64,000 bases of DNA from Candidatus Hydrogenedentota bacterium (GCA_963668025.2 CAXXTH010000018.1:160001-224000); one strand, 5' to 3'. Numbered from the stretch's first letter, positions 38,414 through 48,513 are shown. The notes: generated by a model not told the origin, from the sequence alone. Translations and numbers: made by a program.

Positions 38414-39978
38414 CCTTGCTTTAGCCTCTTATGCAACGGAATGATTGTATCGACGTACTGCGCCTCGCCCGCCCGGTTCCGGGTTTCATGGGGATCAACT
38501 GTGTGGTCATATAATTCGCGCGCCTTAGGATGCTCCCAGTCCGGTGCCGGAGCGGAAGCGGAAGGCTCAAAAGGAACCCATTCTGTATATCGGTATTGCT
38601 CCGTCCGAATCGAATACCCCATCAGGCCATCACGGAAATATTGGCTGAAAGCGGCGTCCTTTCCCCGCACATCCACATCGCGAAGCATGGGAGCTAAAGA
38701 AGAAGCCTCGACAGCGCCCGGTATGTCCAGTCCGCATAGCTCACATAAGGTGGGATATACATCCATCGATTCCGTGAGCGCGTGGCACGCCTGCCCAGCC
38801 GCCGGGGCATGAGGCGCTCGAATGATAAGCGGGACATGCGTGTCCAGCTCGAAATTCGTCTCTTTACCAAAATAACCGTATTCACCAAGCTTGTAGCCGT
38901 TGTCTCCCCATAACACTATGACCGTGTTTTCCGACAGCCCCAAAGCGTCCAATCCGCGCAACAGGCGTCCGGTTTGGGCGTCCACATAACTCGTAGCGGC
39001 GTAATACGCCCGGATCAATTCGCGCGCTAGCTCTCCATGTACCGGCCCGAGTCTGCGGAAATCCCGGTACCGCGCCCATTCATTCAAGGCCTGTGGATTG
39101 ATCGCCACCTCAGGCGCACCAACAGGCACATCGCAATACTCAGGAAGCACAATGGATTCCGGCGCATACAAGTCGAAATAGCGGCGTGGGGCCACATATG
39201 GCAAATGCGGCTTGACGAAACCAGCGGTGATAAAGAAGGGGCCGTCCTTATGGCGCTCGATGGCGCTCAGCGCTTCGCGCGCCACAATGCCATCCCAGAA
39301 GTATTCATCCGGTACATCTGGCGCTTCCCACGACGGGCCCGGCATGATCAAGAAAAGCGGAAGGCCGGTCTGTGGGTCTGTTGTGATGCCTGTTTTCTCC
39401 ATCTCCGCAAGGCGTTGTTGTTCCTGAAAAAACTTGGGCATTTCCTCGGGCCCATATGGCGGGGTCTTCGGCACATACAACGGTTCCGACCACGAGAGCG
39501 GGTCATCCAGCTTTGCGTCATGATAAACCTTGCCGAACGCCTGCGTGTGATACCCATGGTTCTTGAAGTGTTGGGGTAACGCAAGCGCATCCGGAACATG
39601 CTCCCGAAAATGCGGCCCGATCCACCACACCCGCGAAGTGTCAGGCCTCAGGCCGGATAACAACGCGGTGCGGGAAGGGCTGCATAAGGCCACCTGGCAA
39701 TAGTTTCGCGTGAAAACCACGCCCTCTTTCGCCAAGGCGTCCATATGCGGCGTCTGCACGATCGGATGTCCATAGCACCCTAAGACAGGGCAGAGATCAT
39801 CCACCAGGATGAACAATACATTCATAGGCTTCTTCCTGCTCACGCCGTCCTGTCCGCACAGCGGATTCAAACGGATCGTCGAACATGCTCCCGCCAGCAA
39901 GCTCCCGAGAAGAAAACCTCGTCTCGAAATCGACTGGATGGCGTTGGATTTGGATTTCATACCTCCACACGCTCCCAT
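38392..39978 (-). CDS. Tat-exported formylglycine-type sulfatase (iduronate-2-sulfatase-like)
   Basis: SRRGFLL Tat motif; NVLFILVDDL, CSPSRTALLSG, GKVYH, GFVKPHLP, DNG..LGE, VPLII, ELYD..DPHETRN. Confidence 0.93.
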   Translation of the reverse strand: MGACGGMKSKSNAIQSISRRGFLLGSLLAGACSTIRLNPLCGQDGVSRKKPMNVLFILVDDLCPVLGCYGHPIVQTPHMDALAKEGVVFTRNYCQVALCSPSRTALLSGLRPDTSRVWWIGPHFREHVPDALALPQHFKNHGYHTQAFGKVYHDAKLDDPLSWSEPLYVPKTPPYGPEEMPKFFQEQQRLAEMEKTGITTDPQTGLPLFLIMPGPSWEAPDVPDEYFWDGIVAREALSAIERHKDGPFFITAGFVKPHLPYVAPRRYFDLYAPESIVLPEYCDVPVGAPEVAINPQALNEWARYRDFRRLGPVHGELARELIRAYYAATSYVDAQTGRLLRGLDALGLSENTVIVLWGDNGYKLGEYGYFGKETNFELDTHVPLIIRAPHAPAAGQACHALTESMDVYPTLCELCGLDIPGAVEASSLAPMLRDVDVRGKDAAFSQYFRDGLMGYSIRTEQYRYTEWVPFEPSASAPAPDWEHPKARELYDHTVDPHETRNRAGEAQYVDTIIPLHKRLKQGWRAVGA

Positions 39979-39987
39979 CGTTTCTTG

Positions 39988-40887
39988 CTACATTTTGATG
40001 GCGCCCGAAGCGATGCCTTCGATGAACCACTTCATGGTGAACAAGAACAAAATGAACAGAGGGATAGCGGACATGGCGTAGCCCGCCATAAGCGGGCCGT
40101 ATTGCACATAATTCTGGCCTTCCAAAAATTTGAGCCCGATAGATACCGTGAAATGGTCACGTTGCAAGACGACAAGCGGCCAAATGTAGTCATTCCACAA
40201 CGCCACCACATTCATAATGGCCATGGTGGCGATGATGGGCTTGGCCAATGGCAGGGCCACATGCAAATAAAGCTGGAACCGGGTGGCCCCATCCACGCGG
40301 GCCGCTTCAAACAAGGCCTGGGGCTGGTTTTCGAAAAACTGCCGCAGCACGAAAATCATCATGATCTGGCCGCCTGCGGTGGCGGGCAGAATCAGCGCCC
40401 AGTAGCTATTCAGCAATCGTAGGTTGAGGCCCCATCCCAGCTCCTTCAATCCCAGCGCGCCGTTGATTTGGGAGCTCATCGCACGGAGCACGCCATCGAT
40501 CTGAGTCACTAGCACATACATGGGGATGAGATTAAGAATGCCGGGGATCATCATCAGCACGATGATGTAATAGAAGCTGGCCTCTTTCCCGAAAAACTGA
40601 AATTGGGCGAAATAAAACGCGCACAACGAGCCCAGCAGCGTCGTCAGAAAAGTCGCCGTCACCACGACAAACAGCGTCCGTCCGATATAGGGGCCTACGT
40701 ACTCCCAGGCAATCGCATAATTCGCCAAATGGATGGGCCAGGTAGGCACAAAGGGCTGGGTGGCGAATTGCACCGGATCCTTGAAACTAATGACGACCAT
40801 GAAATAAATCGGCACAAACGTAAACGCCGCCACCAGCAAGAGCGCGAATGTCTTTAGGGTCTCGAATAGCGTCCGTTCCGTCATCAA
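39988..40887 (-). CDS. Carbohydrate ABC transporter permease (MalG-like)
   Basis: EAA loop LFEAARVDGA, WNDYIWPLVV, PLFILFLFTMKWFIEGI. Confidence 0.93.
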   Translation of the reverse strand: MMTERTLFETLKTFALLLVAAFTFVPIYFMVVISFKDPVQFATQPFVPTWPIHLANYAIAWEYVGPYIGRTLFVVVTATFLTTLLGSLCAFYFAQFQFFGKEASFYYIIVLMMIPGILNLIPMYVLVTQIDGVLRAMSSQINGALGLKELGWGLNLRLLNSYWALILPATAGGQIMMIFVLRQFFENQPQALFEAARVDGATRFQLYLHVALPLAKPIIATMAIMNVVALWNDYIWPLVVLQRDHFTVSIGLKFLEGQNYVQYGPLMAGYAMSAIPLFILFLFTMKWFIEGIASGAIKM

Positions 40888-40908
40888 AAAACTACTCCTG
40901 CCGCACGA

Positions 40909-43900
40909 TCAGGCTTCCTGTTGCGGGGTGGATATCAGCTTCATATTAATATATGTCAACAACAGAATTATGATGAACATGGCGACGCCCAGCGCGGCGG
41001 CATAGCCCATCTTGCCGTAGCTGAATGCATTTTGATACATCCAAAGCCCCGGCAGCATCGAGGCGTTGTTTGGGCCGCCGCGCGTCAGCACCAGCGGCAG
41101 CCAGAAATCTTGAAGCGTCCCGATAGTCACCAGCACGGCATTCAGCTTGATCTGCCCCATGATGAGCGGAAGCTCGATTGCGAACAAGCGGCGGGCGACT
41201 CCACACCCATCCATCTGCGCCGCCTCGAAAACGGAAGTCGATATGCTTTGAAGGCCCGCCAGCAAGATCAATACGCCAATCGTGGACACCCACGGAAAAC
41301 CGATGAACAGCAAGGCGGGCACCACGGTATTTTCCGCTCCAAGCCAGTTCACCGGGGCATTGATGAGACCCGCATGCACGAACAGCCAGTTCAGCAATCC
41401 GCCATCCATTCGGTACAAATATTTCCAGATGAGCAAGCCCACGATGCCTGGAATGGCCATGGGCAGCACGAAGATGACGCGGAATATATACTGCATGCGC
41501 TGGTTGGCTAAATGAAACAGCAATACGGATACGATAACCGTGGGAATGAACTTGATGATGTTCACTACAAGAAAGACCAATACAACCATGATCGCATGGT
41601 GAAGCACGCCGTCCGTAAGCAGCGCTTGGAAATTATCCAGCCCGATGAACTCCGATATGTCGCTGCCATTCCATCGGTAGAAGGAATGATATATGGCGGA
41701 AGCCGCGGGCGTATACGCAAAAACGCCTAACAGCAGCAAAGTCGGCGCAAGCACCCGCAGATAGCGAAAATCACAAATGATGCGGGCAAACACGCCGCTC
41801 CAAAGCAGAAACAGCGCCACGCCTCCCAGCAACAACAGAAAAGCGGTAATGATCGTACGTTGAATCTCTTTTTTGGCCCTGAACGATAACGGCAGTTCCG
41901 TATAGCGCGCCGCGCGCATCTCCGGCGCAATCATGCTTTCGCAGCGCGTGACGACTCCGGTGTTGTCCACTATACCGCGCCAAAAATCGGACATGCGGAT
42001 TTCCAGTGTGGCGGCGTCTTGCGCCTTCTCATTTGAGATGGGGAAATAGCGTTCCCGGAACGCCGCCAGCCACCGGTGCTGGAGCCTGCCGACCTCGCGC
42101 TTGCAGTCCTCCGGGTAATCCTCCACCACCCGGCTATAAGCAAACACGAAGTAATCTTGCAGATTCTTGCTAAAATCATCGAACTGCTTGGTGCGCCACT
42201 CCTGGTATGTCTCCCGAGAGCCCCCAAATTGGCGCTGGAAATACTCATAATTGGGAACGCTCCCCATAAGCCGGTTTTGCTCGTTCCACAGCTTGTCGCG
42301 CGCATCCACCCAATAGGGCTCTTTCGTGATGGCTATTGTATAGGGATCAAAAAAAACCTGGAAGGTGCCGCGCCGGTTCATATGCCGCAGGAACGGCTCC
42401 AGTTTGTCTGGCGGTTTGATTCCTCGTATGGGAGCCAAACACACCGCTTCCCGGCTAAGCAGTTCCTGCGCCTCGGGCGAGGTATAAAACATGAGGAAAT
42501 CCATGACCGCATCCGTCGTGCCCCGCTCCTGCGTCACCTTCGGCACGGCGAACTCGAACGCGGAAAGGGTGAACTCCTCGGAATAGACGCCATCGTAACC
42601 CGGTGATTGGGCAAGCAGCGGGAAGGGAAATACGCCCAGCTCGAAATCGCACATTTTCTCGAAAGTGGGCATATCCGTGCTGACCCAATAGATCGTGGCT
42701 GCCTTGCCCCGTGCGAACAACTCGAATGCCTGCTGGATGTCCATCGAGGTGGAGCCAGGCGCCCAATACTCACACTTCTCATACAAAAGCTTCCAAGGCT
42801 CAGCCACTTCTGGATCGCGCAGATCCAGAGAACCGTTAAGAAAACACATGGCCTCCTCGAACGGATCAGGATAATCATCCGGCACGATACAATCGTATTT
42901 GGAAATCAGATTGTTGTAGAGCTGCTTTCGATAGAAAGGAAGCTGCCAGATGATCGGCGCTGGATCTGGGAAAAAATTGCAAACCTCGCCATAAACGCCA
43001 ATATCCTGTAGTTTTTTAAATGCGGCGATCAATTCGTCCCAAGTTTGCGGCTCGGCCACCAGCGGCTTCCCATCGGGGCCAAGCACTTCATTCCCCGCCG
43101 CATCCCGCTGTACAATGCCTGCTTTTCTGAAGACATCCTTATTGTAGAAATAGGCGGTATTCTCTGAAGCCCACGAAATGACCCAATTCCGGCGAAACAC
43201 CGGATCGCGCGCCGCCATAATGAACTGGGGATAATACATGGAAGACCAGCGTATTCCCGTGTAGGGATTGATCTTATCCAGATACGGCGTCGTCTCCACC
43301 AGCTTGCTCTGGTACGCCCCATACCGGATCGCCGAAGTATTGTCGATCTGCACGATATCCGGGATCTCGCGGCCGAGGATTTGGCTTTGCAGCCAGTCGT
43401 GATATCCCGAGAAGGGCAGGTCCACCAGACGCACACGCACTTTAGGCGTCCGTTCTTCATATCGCCGGATGATCTCCTCGATAGCCCGGCGCATACCCGG
43501 TTTCTCGAGTATCCAGAAGCTCACCGCAATTTCCACGGGCTTTTCCGGCGTATACCTATATTCCGCCATCGGGATCGGCGTGAGATCGATTCCCGGAAAA
43601 TAATCTTTCTCGACCGATACGCCTAGTTCGTCCAATCGGTCCAAAACGCGGTCCGGCCAGGTGCCGGATTCATTTTCGCCTTCCGCAAGGATTTGTTTGT
43701 AGACCGCAATCGCTTCATCCCGGCGGCCAAGCTCTTGCAGGAATTTCCCTTGTAAATAACGAAAACCCAAGCGTTCATCCAGAATATGCGTCTCCTTGGC
43801 CACATCCGCCGCCCGGCCATACCAGAGCGCCGCGTTCGCTTTATCATTAAAATGCTCTCTATACAAACCAGCGAGCCCGACAGTGGCGAATGAAGCCAGC

Positions 43901-44379
43901 GCCGTGCCAGGCCCCGCCTCGACGACCTGCTTACTCCATTCGACCGCTTGGGCATAATCGGGATGCAGCGGATCAGTCGAATCAATAAGGCTAAGTAAAA
44001 AAAGGGAAGAAAGTGCAAATGGCGAATGCGGGTCTATTACCAAACATGCCTTGAAGCTTTTCCGAGCTTCATCAAAACGTGGAACGGGCTCCGTCCAATA
44101 AGACCATCCTGATAAAAAAGAAGCCGCGGCGCGTTGCGCTTGGGTAGCATCGGGAGATTGCGCGGCTTGTTCGAAATGCAGCCGTGCGCTTTCCCCGTCG
44201 AAGGGGATATTTTGCGGCACATCGAGGAAATCCAAGCCTTGCTGCAATTGCCGTTCCACGAACGGAAGTCCGTCATACGTCTTTTCTTGAAAACGAGTGG
44301 CGTCAATGCCCCAAACTACAGCGGCCAGCACAACAGCCGAAACGGCGGCGCGGCGAAACATTCGAAAAGAAATACTCAT
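40909..44379 (-). CDS. Fusion of TPR domain, sugar-binding protein and MalF-like ABC permease
   Basis: N-terminal TM and TPR-like helices; SBP motifs PDIVQID, FYNKDVFRKAGI, PQTWDELI, FARGKAA, FLMFYTSPEAQ; C-terminal permease FIGLDNF..LL, EAAQMDG, MGYAAALG. Confidence 0.88.
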   Translation of the reverse strand: MSISFRMFRRAAVSAVVLAAVVWGIDATRFQEKTYDGLPFVERQLQQGLDFLDVPQNIPFDGESARLHFEQAAQSPDATQAQRAAASFLSGWSYWTEPVPRFDEARKSFKACLVIDPHSPFALSSLFLLSLIDSTDPLHPDYAQAVEWSKQVVEAGPGTALASFATVGLAGLYREHFNDKANAALWYGRAADVAKETHILDERLGFRYLQGKFLQELGRRDEAIAVYKQILAEGENESGTWPDRVLDRLDELGVSVEKDYFPGIDLTPIPMAEYRYTPEKPVEIAVSFWILEKPGMRRAIEEIIRRYEERTPKVRVRLVDLPFSGYHDWLQSQILGREIPDIVQIDNTSAIRYGAYQSKLVETTPYLDKINPYTGIRWSSMYYPQFIMAARDPVFRRNWVISWASENTAYFYNKDVFRKAGIVQRDAAGNEVLGPDGKPLVAEPQTWDELIAAFKKLQDIGVYGEVCNFFPDPAPIIWQLPFYRKQLYNNLISKYDCIVPDDYPDPFEEAMCFLNGSLDLRDPEVAEPWKLLYEKCEYWAPGSTSMDIQQAFELFARGKAATIYWVSTDMPTFEKMCDFELGVFPFPLLAQSPGYDGVYSEEFTLSAFEFAVPKVTQERGTTDAVMDFLMFYTSPEAQELLSREAVCLAPIRGIKPPDKLEPFLRHMNRRGTFQVFFDPYTIAITKEPYWVDARDKLWNEQNRLMGSVPNYEYFQRQFGGSRETYQEWRTKQFDDFSKNLQDYFVFAYSRVVEDYPEDCKREVGRLQHRWLAAFRERYFPISNEKAQDAATLEIRMSDFWRGIVDNTGVVTRCESMIAPEMRAARYTELPLSFRAKKEIQRTIITAFLLLLGGVALFLLWSGVFARIICDFRYLRVLAPTLLLLGVFAYTPAASAIYHSFYRWNGSDISEFIGLDNFQALLTDGVLHHAIMVVLVFLVVNIIKFIPTVIVSVLLFHLANQRMQYIFRVIFVLPMAIPGIVGLLIWKYLYRMDGGLLNWLFVHAGLINAPVNWLGAENTVVPALLFIGFPWVSTIGVLILLAGLQSISTSVFEAAQMDGCGVARRLFAIELPLIMGQIKLNAVLVTIGTLQDFWLPLVLTRGGPNNASMLPGLWMYQNAFSYGKMGYAAALGVAMFIIILLLTYINMKLISTPQQEA

Positions 44380-44481
44380 ATGCGCCTGGCTATTCCTTCA
44401 ATGGTTCTACATTGCTTTTCCCAAGAGAAGAGTCTGAGGCGTTCAGTATGTTCCAAGCGTCGGCGAAAATCTAGGCGGAAT

Positions 44482-44513
44482 GGCCGGGAATCTTGTTGTC
44501 AAGACTCCCGGCC
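44482..44513 (-). terminator. Stem-loop 3' of the DUF1559 gene
   Basis: ggccgggaatcttg-ttgt-caagactcccggcc, a 14-bp stem without a clear U tract. Confidence 0.5.
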
Positions 44514-44558
44514 CTTAGGAAAGGACCCTTAAACGCGAGAAGGCATTAGTTCGAGTAA

Positions 44559-45641
44559 TCAGCCCATGCCGCCATATACATGCGACCATTGGCTGAAGGT
44601 CGCGCCGGGCTGCCATATACTCGGCAGTTGTTCCGCATCTAGCGGCGGCTTTCCGGTCTTCGCATACCGCATGAAAGACACATGGCCGTCCATGTACAAG
44701 GCATTGATTCCGCCCGGCACATGGTTAAACACCAGCACCGCGCCCTGTCCCTGAGCGGCCGCGTCCGCGTTATCATTTCGGCCGTACGCGTCCCACATCA
44801 CCAGTAATTCGCTTTGTCCCATGGCGCCGCTCGCCGGATTATTGATGTCGGTGATGAAGAAACGTTCAACGCCTTCCCGAAGACGGCGTGCCTGGCCGGT
44901 GAACCGGGTGCCATCGTCATCGCGAGCGCCACTGGTTAACCACCATTTAACACCCGTGAAATCCGTGAGATCATCTTCACCAAGCTTCTCATAATAAATG
45001 ATGCTATCCCATGTCGATGGCCCGCCGACAGCGGCGATTTGTGCCTTATTCGAGGACGGGACGGAGTCTATCACCGCTAGCGGTCGCCAGTATTTCTCAT
45101 CTGCTACGGCATGAAATGCGAACATAATCTGCCCTGATGTTCTTGCCGCCCATGGATTATAGATATACGAGATGGGGAAGCTCAGAATAGCGTGGCGCAC
45201 GGCTTTGGCGACTTGGGGGTTCACGTTATCTTTGATGGACGCGACCTGTGCGGACACATCCTCATCAATCCCCGGGAACGGGCTCTGGAAATTAGGAAGG
45301 CTCGATGCGCCTCCCATGGGCGCGCGGGCATCGGACGGGCAGAGCATGATCTTCGCATCATTCCAGTAGTCCGGATAAACTTCCGCGCTGTTGACGCCCC
45401 GCCACCATGTCCATGAATTGGCCTTGTATCCGCCGCCTCCGGGGAACATGCCGCCTTTCGACTCACCGGCGTACATCTTGAAGATAATGCCCCACTGTTT
45501 GAGGTTGCTGGCGCATGAAGCGCGCCGGGCAGCCTCCCGCGCCCTCGCCAATGCCGGCAATAAAATAGCCGCAAGAATAGCGATGATCGCGATAACCACC
45601 AACAATTCGATGAGGGTGAATCCCGATTTGACCTTTCGCAT
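44559..45641 (-). CDS. DUF1559 prepilin-type N-terminal cleavage/methylation protein with H-X9-DG motif
   Basis: [82 protein letters not shown]. Confidence 0.93.
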   Translation of the reverse strand: MRKVKSGFTLIELLVVIAIIAILAAILLPALARAREAARRASCASNLKQWGIIFKMYAGESKGGMFPGGGGYKANSWTWWRGVNSAEVYPDYWNDAKIMLCPSDARAPMGGASSLPNFQSPFPGIDEDVSAQVASIKDNVNPQVAKAVRHAILSFPISYIYNPWAARTSGQIMFAFHAVADEKYWRPLAVIDSVPSSNKAQIAAVGGPSTWDSIIYYEKLGEDDLTDFTGVKWWLTSGARDDDGTRFTGQARRLREGVERFFITDINNPASGAMGQSELLVMWDAYGRNDNADAAAQGQGAVLVFNHVPGGINALYMDGHVSFMRYAKTGKPPLDAEQLPSIWQPGATFSQWSHVYGGMG

Positions 45642-45766
45642 GTTCAGATCCTCCTATGCGAGAAAATAAAGCTCCTGATGAGTCCCGGGCATTCCAGATA
45701 GGCCATCCATCCGAAATACCCATAATGCAGTAATTCAATTGTTTTAACTTACAGGCGTTTCACCTG

Positions 45767-46672
45767 TTAACAGCCTTGCTGCACAAGCTCCGTCCCTAGA
45801 AAATGAGCCGCGAAAAACTCCGCGAACGCGTCATAATCCACCGCCGTGCAGACTTGCACGATGCTTTCTTCATTTTCACGAGCCCGGGTGACCCCATAAT
45901 GCGGGGTGGGGCTCAAATCCACTTCCACATCCATCGGAGTAAACTCGAAAAGCTCAGGAGCGGCCAAACACCCTATCGCAAGCGGATCATGCAAGACCGG
46001 CTGCGTTTTCTCGAAGCGGGCCATCCAGCCACGAGTCATGGCGTTGACATATTGAAAATAGGGCCGACGGTCGCTTCCCAATGCTTCCAATAGTGGCATG
46101 GCCATCAAGCAATTCACCGAAATGTCAAATGGAACCACCCGCATAGGAATGCCCGCGTGGTACACGGTCTGCGCCGCTTCCGGATCTAAAAGCATATTCC
46201 ATTCCGCGACTTCCCGCCCAAAATACGAGCCCATGATGACAATCTCTTCTATCTTCGACTTGCACTCGGGATATTGCATCAACAGAGAAGCAATATTTGT
46301 CAACGGTCCAATCCCGGTTAATGTCAGAGGCTCCTCGGACTCATCCAGCATATGCTTCATGAATTCCACTCCGGGCGTATTGGAAATAGCAGGAAAGGAT
46401 TCGCCCCCATCGAGAATGACAGCTTGCGACGTAATAAAACCCATATGCGGAGGGCGTTTCTTGAGCGGCTCGCCCAAGCCCGCCGCCACTGGAATATCGT
46501 TTCGTCCTGCGGCTTCCAGCAGTTTCGCGGTGATACGGGCGCGAATATCTACCTCGTCATACACGGTCACTACACCCCGGACATCCAGATTGGCCGCATG
46601 AAGCGCTACGGTGAGCGCCAACGCATCATCTATGTCGTCCCCAATATCGGTATCTAGGATGATGTTCTTCAC
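45767..46672 (-). CDS. Inosine/uridine-preferring nucleoside hydrolase family protein
   Basis: ILDTDIGDDIDDALAL, IGPLTNIA, AEWN..DPEAA, LHDPLA; probable GTG start at 46672. Confidence 0.92.
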   Translation of the reverse strand: MKNIILDTDIGDDIDDALALTVALHAANLDVRGVVTVYDEVDIRARITAKLLEAAGRNDIPVAAGLGEPLKKRPPHMGFITSQAVILDGGESFPAISNTPGVEFMKHMLDESEEPLTLTGIGPLTNIASLLMQYPECKSKIEEIVIMGSYFGREVAEWNMLLDPEAAQTVYHAGIPMRVVPFDISVNCLMAMPLLEALGSDRRPYFQYVNAMTRGWMARFEKTQPVLHDPLAIGCLAAPELFEFTPMDVEVDLSPTPHYGVTRARENEESIVQVCTAVDYDAFAEFFAAHFLGTELVQQGC

Positions 46673-46817
46673 ATTAATTCCTTCATACGCATCCGCGTTG
46701 TTTGCCTTTTGAGCTGCCATTCTTTTAGATGTTTGGGGCCGCCAAGGCGGGTTGAAAGGCCTGCTTCGCACGGCCTTGGCAGCCCCAATACCATGATTCA
46801 ATTACCTGCTTGCTTGG

Positions 46818-47882
46818 TTATGCGGCGCATTTACGCAGTAGGGCAGCGCCCACGCCCAACCCAAGCAACACTAATGCGGCTAAGCCATATCCAGAAAGCG
46901 ACGGAAGATCACCGCCACTGCCGGGATACGACAGCGGATCATTCGGATCCGTCCCAGCGGTGACTTCAGCGCCATCGTTGTACGTATCATCATCGGAATC
47001 CGCGTCATTAGGATCCGTGCCGGTATCCGTCGGGCTCACGTACACGCCCGTATCGGTTTCCACGGAGTCATCTAGTCCATCGCCATCCGAATCCACGGGC
47101 CCTTGGGTCCAAGTACGGACAACAGTGGAGATACGAACTTCGTCAATGTAACCAGTGTAATTCTCGTTTTGCCACGGTGCGGCGCCAATAACAAGCCAAT
47201 CATTGACGGTCGGAACGCGGGGAGGGAGCGCTTCGCCTGTGTCATTGGAGGCCACTTCCTCGCCATTCAAATAGAGAGCAATCCTCTGGCCGTCATAAGT
47301 GCCCGCAACGTGATACCATTGGCCTTCCACCAACCCCAGATCAGGCGCTGCCAATGCCGCGGCCGAACCATCGAAAGGATCGTTCTGGCTACGGGCCACC
47401 CAGAAGTCGATGCCATCTCCATTCTCGTCGTGAATAAGGTCGAGAAAGTAAGTGCTACCCCACGCCACGATGCGCTCATAACCGCCGAAACCCATCGGCT
47501 TGATCCACGCCTCAACAGTTATGGCAGTCCCAAATCCCATGGCATCCAAAGTGCCTTGATCGTTGATCAGGGCATCAACCCGCGGCCAACTGTCGTCGCC
47601 CGAAAAGAAAACACTCTCGCCAAAACCCGTGCCCGGATTATCCGCGGCATAAGGATCGCTCTCCGGATCGTTCGCTACATTGGTGCGCCAGGCGCCCCAT
47701 CCTGTGGGTCCGGCATTTGGCACAAAATTCACGCCATTCGCGTGCTCATGTGTGTTGAAGTCGAATAAGAACGCCGTCGACGCATCCGCGTCATACGGCT
47801 GGGTATAGTCTGTGTAGTTTTGGGCCCATCCACATGAGGCTAGAAGCAGCACGGCAAGAGTAACGGTCACATACTGTCTCAT
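46818..47882 (-). CDS. LamG (concanavalin A-like) surface protein with DxDxDG repeats and IPTL-like C-terminal anchor
   Basis: Signal peptide from ATG 47882; ITVEAWIKP, WYHVAGTYDG, GYIDEVRIS; DSDGDGLDD..GTDPNDP; LPSLSGYGLAALVLLGLG..RK. Confidence 0.85.
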   Translation of the reverse strand: MRQYVTVTLAVLLLASCGWAQNYTDYTQPYDADASTAFLFDFNTHEHANGVNFVPNAGPTGWGAWRTNVANDPESDPYAADNPGTGFGESVFFSGDDSWPRVDALINDQGTLDAMGFGTAITVEAWIKPMGFGGYERIVAWGSTYFLDLIHDENGDGIDFWVARSQNDPFDGSAAALAAPDLGLVEGQWYHVAGTYDGQRIALYLNGEEVASNDTGEALPPRVPTVNDWLVIGAAPWQNENYTGYIDEVRISTVVRTWTQGPVDSDGDGLDDSVETDTGVYVSPTDTGTDPNDADSDDDTYNDGAEVTAGTDPNDPLSYPGSGGDLPSLSGYGLAALVLLGLGVGAALLRKCAA

Positions 47883-48283
47883 CTCCATCTCCTCCATTGA
47901 AGTGTTAGCCGCACCTGAAGAACAGCCCCTTGACTGTCTGGCCACGGCCATTTCTATCAACCACGCACGACTTAGCGCTGTTCACACCGGGAACAGCCCT
48001 TTAACAACCGCTGGAAAATGCCAATCTGAAACATTTAAGTAAACAGGCGAAAAAAATCATACCGAAGACTCTCGAACCGCGAAATATGGGGTGAACAGCA
48101 CCTCGCCAGCATATTGCCCTCTATTCCCAGTCATCCGTACGATAACCTGCATCATGGCCACACCCAGCTTAACCTTGAAAAAACCCATCGCCATCTACTT
48201 CTCTTCCCTCCTTCCCGAGATAATCCGCTCCTCTATACTCGCGCCCTTATGGACATGCTCATTCCGGTAACCCACGTGGCCTT

Positions 48284-48382
48284 CTACCCTGCCCACCTCC
48301 CTTTGCCGTTCAGGACATAGGAAACCGACGCTGTCGACACATTCGCCAACGCTGCAATATCGCTCAGACGCACCCGCACCAT
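48284..48382 (-). pseudogene. 32-codon LacI N-terminal (HTH) remnant or micro-ORF
   Basis: Translates MVRVRLSDIAALANVSTASVSYVLNGKGRWAG*, matching the start of the LacI protein at 51865. Confidence 0.8.
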
Positions 48383-48451
48383 TGCCACCCTTCTCGCTCG
48401 CCAGGCGAAGCCCGGATTTGGCTTCCAGCACCCTCAGCGGCCCCAAATCGA

Positions 48452-48513
48452 CAACTTAATTGTTTGGGTTAAACAAGTAAGGTTAAAATATACCAAAAAC
48501 TCGATTATGTCAA
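48452..48513 (-). promoter_or_regulatory. sigma70-type promoter plus palindromic operator (copy 2)
   Basis: Minus strand TTGACA-N17-TATTTT followed by the inverted repeat cttaattgttt-gggtt-aaacaagtaag; 46 of 47 bp identical to 51917-51963. Confidence 0.75.

Noticed and set aside
45735-48050. Weak operator-like sites (aattgttttaacttacagg at ~45737; aacatttaagtaaacagg at ~48030)
   Set aside because: They match the LacI palindrome only partly and cannot be supported without a motif scan.
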